Under the pieces are notes generated by a model. The model was not told the DNA's origin. It searched no databases and saw nothing but the letters and a program-made list of their open reading frames with translations. DNA of 52,513 nucleotides, the filler included, from Sphacelaria rigidula (Eukaryota), in assembly GCA_964200075.2 (NCBI GenBank). It is 4 parts of 4 records of this genome, joined end to end, with 100 filler letters (N's around TTAATTAATTAA, not from the genome) between each part and the next. Parts side by side here need not be neighbours in the genome. Positions count along the whole stretch, not along the records: positions 39,463 to 52,513 come from CAXNAA020003199.1; 3 more parts are not named here. One strand, written 5' to 3'. Positions 44,387-52,513 of the stretch are shown piece by piece. The translations under genes and the position numbers were made by a program. The first letter of the stretch is position 1. Every line of letters begins with the position of its first letter.

Positions 44387-47300
44387 CGACGCCCCAAAGC
44401 GACTGCATCGTGCAAGAAGTGCCTCGAAAATTTCCTCACCCCCTCAATGGCAGGACCACTCTGAAGCCTCTGCCCAGCATCCAAGGTCTTCTAACGGTAA
44501 CGAAAACGATGCACGGGATGGGTGATGTATATCTGTATTTGGGGCGAGTTGTACAAATCGCAAGTCTGTACTTCTTGCAAAGGACTTGCCCTCAACTTAT
44601 GACACAGTACGCCGTCTTTGAAAGTCACTGTTGTGACGAATCTTTGAAACATAGCAGAAGCATCCTTTCGATGACTGGCTTCCCTGTGCTGACGCGGCGT
44701 ACGTGCACCCTTCTCATTGAACATCGGCATTGGACATGGTGACACACACAACAGTACGTCTACCAGGATCGTACGGTCGGGTGTCAACGACACATGAAAA
44801 ATAAATTACAGAGCCCGCTTCCGCGGCAAATATACCCTTGTATTTTTTGTGCAGGAGTGTAACATTGCTTATGCGAAGACACACAAAACAGCGTCTACAA
44901 CTCTGGCGATGATCCTCGTGCGGTATGCCAGACGCCACAATAAGAAGGTGAGTGAGTAGGTGATCTTTGATTATGTCGCCTTCTCCGCATTTGCTAGGAT
45001 CGTCTTGGTGTTTCCACCCATTGATTCATGCTACGGCAGTAATCGCACATTTGGGCTCACATCTTGCTCCGTCAGGGGCCCCTAAAATTACTTACACAAG
45101 AATAATAGTGGGTATTCCCATTTTCGAGTTCATTCGGAGTATCGCTAGCCGATTGGAATATCAATCGTCGCGGGCCCTCACATATTTCGTGAGTCGTTCG
45201 TGGGATGAGATACAGGGCTCCTGACAATGCGAATGTCGGAATGTATATGTGCATCCCTGCTGTAGAATCACTCTATTTCTGTACTTGCTATCACATCTTC
45301 TGGATCTGGATGATGTCGGTGAGCCGCTAGCGGTTGAGGTGAAAAGGTTCCGTCATGCTCGAGCCTTGAAAACTCCCATGAAGTGTCATTTATCGAAGTC
45401 AGCGAATCCCCTGTTGCGACAGAAACGACGCAAATGAAATGAATGTGGAATACACGTACGTTCGGACGCGACTGTGCCCACAATTCTCGGGTTCAAGACC
45501 GCTGGCAAAGATTGTCATAACGGCGATTTCTTGTAAACCCTAGATTGACGTAGCCGTAACCCAACTACGCGTAGGATGCGTTTTCGCTACGCGTGGGACA
45601 AAACGACGTGTGTCTACAAAGTTCGGACTAGAACCTAGGGTTGTTACAAATCACACAACACTGTTTTTGCTATTTGTCGGAGGGAGCAAGATACTGGTAG
45701 CATACATGTCGGAAGGCACTCCGTAGTGGTGGCTTCGTAGCAATAACATTTCGGTCGTCCTGTCGACCGACGAAGGAATTCTATATGTTTGAAATAGGAC
45801 CTGTCGAGTTGCCACCAGTTCTCCCACCCGTTCTTGGGGGCGCGGTAAAGAGTTGCCCCCCCCCCCCTTCCAAAAAGAGAACATCGACAATTGTGGCCCG
45901 CTTCTCCCACCCCCCCACGCATTTTTCATCTCCACCTTCCGCTGGACACCACAACATCTTCAGCTAGCTAACTTTGGCGGCAAGACTGGCGGTTCAAGCG
46001 TCGTTCTCGAGAAAGCTGTACAGCAGGCAAGCCCCGACACCAAAATGAGCCATACAGGATTCGATGGGCCGGGAGTGAACACGTCATTGTGAAATACTCC
46101 GATGACTGATGAAGAAGAACGTGTACCAATCGTGGGTGTAGCGGTAGCATTACTGACTCGGATGAAACATGGTGAGTATGTGTTGCATCAGAAGGTTCGC
46201 TCAACCATGCCTTGCAAACCGACGCAAATTAGGACCAATGTCGTAACGCCTTCTTGTACCATCCTCTTTGTTGGTCTCGTGGAATTGTGATATCAACAAA
46301 AACATGGTCTGCGCAGCTCAGGGACAGGGGAGAGCGAGTGGATGTGATGCACTATCACTTTACAGGCAGGGGTTCGTTTCAAGATAAGTGGACGGAGGCC
46401 ACGGCACAATATGCACTTATCATGAGGGAATGGCAGCGGATAAACTTCCTCACCGTTCTCCGCGATGCAAGAACACATTTCTTGAGTTTCTACGCATACT
46501 TCATACAGCCGGAGATTTCGGTAAGATGAAAAACTTGTCGTGTGTTGATAAGGTTGGGATACTTCCTCGCATAACAACGTTTTCGTGAGATTAAGGGTCT
46601 TGAGCCAATTGATAGTGAGTTTTATTATTCCCCGTGACTTGATCAATTTTTCAGTTTGTGTGCGCTCTTCTTCGCCTGGAGCACTGTCGTATGCATACAG
46701 CTTCACTTCGATATCCTACTCAGAGACACAAAGGCTTTAGTGCAAGCTACTACGGAAAGCGTGTCGGGTCTCGTATAAGGCCCCGCAGGTGGGCATTTTG
46801 CTCTCGCTTCAAGGCGGAATATCGTAGAGGATGTGGAGCGAGGTTGAACCAGGGGTTTTTGGATCTCCAAAGGGTCGCCAGAGACCCTCTGAGGGTCTTA
46901 CCTTCGGAAGGTGATCCGAGGGTGTAGCGAACTGTCTACCTGTGTTGAGTCGGCATGTACTTCACCCAAACCAACACGCATAACCTAGATGGATTATCCT
47001 CGCGGTCTTTAGGTTAACCGCGGCTCTGGACAAAATGAAGGCGGAACCTTGTAGAGGGTATGTAAAGGCCTTTAGCGGGTCGCCAGAGGGTCTCACCCCC
47101 GGAAGGTGTGCCGAGCGTATAGCAAAGTGTTTATCTGTGCGGAGGGGTACTTCGGAACTGAAGCTGTTTCGTTCAAAAATTGACAGCGTCTCACTTGTAA
47201 TCGTATGTTAGACTCTCAATGTCACGAAACCGCTGTTGCACCAAGATCGAGAAGAAAACGAAGAGTGGTGCCACGACAGCCCCCCCTAAATCATCCCCGA

Positions 47301-49649
47301 AAAAGCCATAAGGGAACTGTTTATACAGCTCATGATGGCGGTTTCAGACGTCATGAAGCTTCTTACATGGGAGACGTTAGCGAACACGATCTCAAACATC
47401 AGAGTTCCCAGCTGCTCGGTGTGGTCGGCTCTTGTCATTTTGGCTTGCACACATGTAGGCTTTGCCTCCTCAAATCAGCCATTTTTCCGGGAAAGGGCTG
47501 TCGCGGGATCAATCCGACAAGATGACATATCTCCGTGACCTACTCCGTCGTCCTCCAAACATGATGCGGAATTATGCACGTAGTGACAGAGCGATGACCT
47601 ATCTCGTCGTGTACTGTTGCATGTACATTTGGCTAGGCAATAGTGAGATGCTTAACGCCTCTCTACCGTACGTTGTTTTGCCCTCACTCATTGCGTTGCA
47701 CACGTGTCCCTTTTCTTCGTTTTTCTTCCCATTCGCCGTCAGCTATCATTGACGCAGTTCCACAAGAGCAGGCGCGCGAACGTCAACATTGAAAAGTATA
47801 CTGCACAACTGAACAATCCGATGAGCCAGGAGTTCGGCATCTTCTCTGAAAGTGATCTAGATGCATTCATCGATCATCACCTGCCGGAGTTTCGGTTGGT
47901 GAGACTCGCGGTAGGAAATATTACGTCGGGGAGTACGTAGGCACTGTTTGAGTCATGTAATATTTTGCAGGCCTCCACAGCTGGCTGCAGCAGCATCAGG
48001 GAACCATGTAACATCGTTGCGACTGACTAACCCGTCCGCTGCAACTGATTGCTATGTATACTTATACTCAATAATCGTCCGTTGTCGATAGCATTGACTT
48101 GCTTGATACCCCAACAATTATACGCCCAGCGTATTATACAAATGGCAAAAATCGACCCATACAGGTTTGCATCTTACGTCGTAACGGGGCTCCCCCGACA
48201 GGGGCTTCATACACGAGTAGATCCATACTTCATCCGTCGATCAGCACTGGAAGCTGATGCAGTTTGTACTTCAGTCTAATAATGTCAATGCGGACTCATC
48301 ATGGAGAACAGTGCTGCCCGCCCACAAACGAAATGGTCAGGAGATTGGGGGACACCGATGAGTAGAACCAAATTTCGATCGATGTATGATCGGAGCATGT
48401 GATGCTTTGAGTTTTTGCGTGCATCTCTGACTCTAATTTTCTTCCGATCTCGATTGTGTGAGGAGTCGGTTTGAGCCACCACCACTTATTGCATAGGTTT
48501 CAATGGCAGAGAAGGGAGCGGGCAGTTTGTTCTAATCCGAGGTCAACAGATGGACCTTCAAACGAAAATGGTTTCGTGTTTCTCCGTCTTTTATGACGAT
48601 GCTTGTACTACTCTCAACCTGAGCACATATAGGGGTCTTGATTATTCGGTATTTTATGTCTTCAGACTGTCTATTTAGCCGCCCAATTGAGCAAACAGAG
48701 CGAAGAGGAAATTGGTGCACTGCGCGAACTTCACGGCTTGCTTGGGATGCTCCACAGTCACGCAGGAAGCGGCGCTCCCCGCGATGTTCGTGCTGATCGG
48801 AAACGAGGAGTAGATTGAAAACGATATACCTTTAAGATCTTCCACACAGTTGAGAGGGCAGCAGCTAGGGATGTTCAAAATATGTCGGTCAGGCTCGCGT
48901 AACTATTATTTGGTCCAAACGGTCGGCGCTAAAAGGTACGTCATCAGTGCTTCAATGTATGTGTGAAAGTAATGAAGCGTTAAATAAGGCCAATATAACA
49001 GCATTCGACGTGGCGTATAGATACAAAAGGGTGCAGTTGTTGTTGTGATTTTGGGATACGCTCTAATACAGATTGACTCACTGGTGCACCTCATAGTTGC
49101 AAGAGACTCGAGCCGTTATTTCGAATCAGTTGGTCTCCATGAATCAGCGCGAGTATTATTCTTGACTTCAATGAATTTTTTTTCGACCCTGTGCAGTACT
49201 TGCCACTGTACCCCTGAAGGCTGCTTGACTTACACAGCACGATTAACAATCTCCTCCGGTGCACGACGACCGTAGCCTTCAATCACGAGCTGAGAGGCAC
49301 CGGCCTATGGTCGATGATCGATGAAGTTTTCCAATCTTCCTCCATCGTACGCCCTGCGGTTGCCGCGGGTGTTTTTCCCCCTTATGAAACTTCGCAGAGG
49401 AGGACGTCGTGGGCCACCAGTCGTGCTCCCTCAGCATTTCCCTCCCGGTCAATCTGTCGACGGTGTGCTGTATTCCAGGTTTTGTTGACAGAAAAATTGG
49501 ATGAAGGGCTGATGGTGCTGCGGCGATTGCTCGGTTGGGACTTGATCGACGTGACTTATACCAGTATGATGGAGACGAAGCAGGGGACAAAACGATATGA
49601 TGGACAAGTGCTCTCGGGCGTGCCAAATTTCGAGGATCTTCCACCTTCG
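44387..49649 (+). CDS. Galactose-3-O-sulfotransferase (Gal3ST)-family carbohydrate sulfotransferase, partial; exons 44387-44496 (tentative), 44855-44947, 45964-46026, 46317-46520, 47743-47898, 49479-49649
   Basis: Spliced product has 5'-PSB NIAYAKTHKTASTTL..ILVRYARRHN, 3'-PB FLTVLRDARTHFLSFYAY, LNNPMSQEFG and Gal3ST-type LVLLTEKLDEGLMVLRRLLGWDLIDVTY; exons join in phase 0; N- and C-terminal exons not found. Confidence 0.88.
44855..44947 (+). CDS. Sulfotransferase exon with 5'-PSB loop (not in ORF track)
   Basis: ttttttgtgcag|GAGTGT ... AAGAAG|gtgagt; ECNIAYAKTHKTASTTLAMILVRYARRHNKK. Confidence 0.9.
45525..45652. repeat. Small intronic inverted-repeat element
   Basis: TTGTAAACCCTAGATT ... 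AACCTAGGGTTGTTACAA with internal CTACGCGTRGGA x2. Confidence 0.45.
45964..46026 (+). CDS. Sulfotransferase exon, probable GC donor
   Basis: cttcag|CTAGCT ... CAGCAG|gcaag; LANFGGKTGGSSVVLEKAVQQ. Confidence 0.65.
46317..46520 (+). CDS. Sulfotransferase exon with 3'-PB motif
   Basis: gcgcag|CTCAGG ... ATTTCG|gtaag; VDVMHYH...FLTVLRDARTHFLSFYAYF. Confidence 0.85.
46811..47139. repeat. Two diverged direct repeats (~46811-46944 and ~47038-47139) in an intron
   Basis: Shared AAGGCGGAA...GTAGAGG, GGGTCGCCAGAG, GAGGGTCT.ACC..CGGAAGGTG..CCGAG. Confidence 0.7.
47743..47898 (+). CDS. Sulfotransferase internal exon
   Basis: Strong polypyrimidine tract, gtcag|CTATCA ... CGGTTG|gtgag; LNNPMSQEFGIFSESDLDAFIDHHLPEFRL. 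Confidence 0.85.
49479..49649 (+). CDS. Sulfotransferase internal exon
   Basis: ttccag|GTTTTG ... CCTTCG|gtgag; VLLTEKLDEGLMVLRRLLGWDLIDVTY. Confidence 0.88.
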
Positions 49650-50114
49650 GTGAGATGCGGTGTTCGCTAGCGCTTTCGCAGAAAACCACTTCCGTGTTGT
49701 GCTAGCCATTCAGCAATCAATGCGCAAGCACCTGTACATGCAGGGCAGGCCAAAAAGCTTCGTATTGTTTCGCGGGGACTGAGCAAACTAAAGGACGGAG
49801 TGGGCACTACTCAGACCGAGTTTGAACGACCAAGAAGGAGCAACACTGAAAAACGAGCAAAAGAGGGATGCAGTTGCGAGAACTCATTGGACTGTTTCCG
49901 TGGTTGAATGTGTTGTGTTTTTGTCAGACCCTAGCGCCATTCCTCACCCTGCGCTCGACCCAACGCACACAGAGAACTCACTGACAGGGTGTGTAGGTAT
50001 GTTGACCTAGGGCAGGGTGCGTTTGCAGTGCTCAAATCGGCCCCTACGCGCTGATCTGAGGGACAACGCGTTTTGCGCACGCTGGCGGTAGCGACCTCCG
50101 TGTGGAATATTATA

Positions 50115-50348
50115 CCCATCTGGTGGGATGTCCAAATGTTATATCACATCCGTCTGAGACATTCACTGGTTTATCCATGCTCATTTGGAACGTCCATCTG
50201 AGACGTGGACATCCATCTCACATATGGACGTCCACCATCTGGGATATGGATGTCCATATAGAAGTTTCATTTGGAATTTCCATGTCCCACGTGGTTGTCA
50301 ATATCCCAGATGGATATCCAAGATGGATGTCCACATCCGAGATGGATG
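50115..50348. repeat. Cluster of palindromic GGAYRTCCA / CCATCT-AGATGG motifs, probable MITE with subterminal repeats
   Basis: About seven copies of GGA(C/T)(A/G)TCCA in ~230 bp, with CCATCT on the left and AGATGG on the right. Confidence 0.6.
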
Positions 50349-51991
50349 TTGCACGAGAAGGCGTACCCGTGCACCTTAACGTGCCCGCATCCTTCAACGT
50401 TTAGCATTGTTTGGTCTACACTTACTTTTGTGGTGCGGGAAAAGGTGTGGGTGCAGCACTTTCGTCCCTTACCATGCTCTACGGGTGCTTCACCCATGAG
50501 AGGCATATGTTAGGTGATAAGGACGGCAGATTGCTGAGTCGTTCCTGGGTACAAACCAGCGGGTACGAGGAGTGTATACCTCGGGCGAATAAATGGGCGC
50601 CCAGCTAATCAACTGTGTCGTTTTGGAAACAAGGACGTAACGATCGCCATTTAATGCTGTATGACGTGAATGTAAGAGTTGGACGATAGATATACACGCC
50701 TCGGGGAGTTTGAAGTAGCGCAGTCACAAGATTTGAGTTATGACTCTGAGTGAAAACATGTGTTTGGGGTCGGATGCGAAGCTGTGGACGCCCCCTCCGT
50801 CCGCCCTCTCTCGTCGCCTCTTGGATTTCAACAGCACAGTAGAGGTTGAATCAAACACTTCTCCCTGCGTCTGATACGTCTACTGCGCCATCAACTGACT
50901 CTGGCTTCGGTGTGAACCTCAGGAACGAGAAGACTAGGTACGTTCCTGCGTGTGTCATATTTCGATCCTACTCGGCTCGTTTCTTTCTTCGTGCATGTGG
51001 GTAAACAACACCCGGGCCAGTAATCACAACCCGCAAGCATACAGTAGAGGAGACTTGATCCTGGAAAGTAATCGCGCAACCTGTCTTAAGTAACTAGTGT
51101 GGCAATCCTTTTTCACTTGACAGTCGTGTCTTCTCGAGGCCAAAAATCATGCCGATAGTGTCATCGTGATTATACTACCTATGTTCGTCCCTGCGATACT
51201 ACCGCCCGAGAACAATGCGGGATTGACTGTGATTTTTTTGCGTGGTCCTTAATTGTGACAAGTAAGTGTTGTGTGACTTTCAACAACTCGTGTGTGGGCT
51301 CTTCGATAAATCGACTTTAACACACGTTGCGACCACAGGACGACACTTTCGAAGACATGACGCATACCCAAGGCAAACCGCGAGCCACAATCGCGCGTCA
51401 ACTTCTCTGGCCCACGTTCCTGACTAAATGGAGGATGACCCAACAAGCTGGTTCAGAGTGAATACCCAAAATGTATTCCCCGGCTAATGACGAACGCAAT
51501 ACCCAGCCAATATGCACAAATGTGGTATCATACTGACCGCAATGAACATACGAAAAGGGTGACATAGCCGGATTTTTGTCCAAGGTTATAGCGGTGGCGC
51601 TATGGACAAAAGTATGTTTCGACCAATCAGCGCCTTTCAAATTTTTCCGAAAATGAAAACACGAACTACAGGCCCAATTTCCACCGAATCTCCACATGGT
51701 TCGAATCGTAGTAACCGTCATCAGCTTGGGAATCTGACGGGAGAAGCAGATTTGAAAACGGTTCCAACGGGGTCGAATTTTGCCCCAAACCGTAATGTTT
51801 CGGTGATGTGGAGCTTTGGCGTCGTCTAATTTCCACTCATGATACGTACAAAAGACCGACAGAACCTCGAGACAATTTCCCTTTTACCTGTTGGAGAAAA
51901 GCTCAGATCATCCTCAAACTTGGCAGTTCCGTAGGTATTGATGCTCCAAATGGAAAATTTATATTGTTGGCAAGATTTCATAGTTCCTCCG

Positions 51992-52047
51992 TTCTCTACC
52001 GGCTTCCGGGGGTCCCAGGATAAAGACCCCCGGAAACCGGTACAGAA
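51992..52047. repeat. 23-bp-arm hairpin (21/23 paired, 10-nt loop)
   Basis: TTCTCTACCGGCTTCCGGGGGTC / GACCCCCGGAAACCGGTACAGAA. Confidence 0.85.
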
Positions 52048-52513
52048 TGCCCCAACACCAAATTTTGGACATCTTCGGTTTGAGTGGTATCCCAAGGAAC
52101 ATGTGTACCCATTTTCGTTGCTCAACTCGAAAAACTGAATGGGCTGGATCTCCTACCGTGAAAACAACCCCCCAAAAGGGCGATTCTGTATTTTAATCAA
52201 GTAATTATAGAATTTTTTATACCACAGCGCACGTTTTGGCATTTCCTCACGCCGCTTTTTTTAGTTAGACCACGAAAAATTGCACACATGTTTTAGAGGG
52301 CACTATCTAAAACTCGAAGACCGTTTTTTTAATTTGTTTTTGTTGGTAGCTTTTCATCCAAGGTCGCGGTTGACCTGCTTGACGAGGGGAGGGGTCACAT
52401 CCCGGCTATCTCGGCTCAAAAAAAAAAAAAACAGTCTTTGAGTTTTAAACAGCCGATCATCTATGTTGAGGATGGTGCTTTTGATTGAGGATGAGAACCC
52501 GGAGGATTAAAAT

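Noticed and set aside
45979..46002. GKTGGSSV as the sulfotransferase 5'-PSB or a P-loop
   Set aside because: The true 5'-PSB (KTHKTASTT) is in the upstream exon 44855-44947
1..52513. CRISPR array, prokaryotic operon or a cross-gene system linking kinase, retroelement and sulfotransferase
   Set aside because: No regularly spaced repeat-spacer array; genes are spliced eukaryotic; the segments are artificially joined

Overview
Eukaryotic, intron- and repeat-rich DNA; gene style and content suggest a stramenopile, most likely a brown alga (inference). The window is not contiguous. It is four unrelated contigs of 13056, 13053, 13053 and 13051 bp joined by identical artificial 100-bp linkers (N44-TTAATTAATTAA-N44). 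Contig 1 (1-13056) has no recognisable gene. It is dominated by nested non-autonomous CACAC-terminal DNA transposons (CMC/EnSpm-like, 2-bp TSD) carrying long hairpins and a tRNA-like Pol III cassette. Contig 2 (13157-26209) holds a multi-exon Fused/STK36/TIO kinase with C-terminal ARM/HEAT repeats (first exon not found), plus PIF/Harbinger-like and piggyBac-like MITEs shown by filled versus empty sites. Contig 3 (26310-39362) holds a decayed full-length chromodomain-bearing Ty3/Gypsy LTR retrotransposon and several MITE/foldback elements. Contig 4 (39463-52513) holds six exons of a galactose-3-O-sulfotransferase-family gene, including a probable GC-AG intron. The most unusual observation is the A-box/B-box/oligo-T cassette, with a hypervariable ~21-nt core, in each DNA-transposon copy that retains that part of the right arm (three copies). 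All alignments and identities were done by eye.
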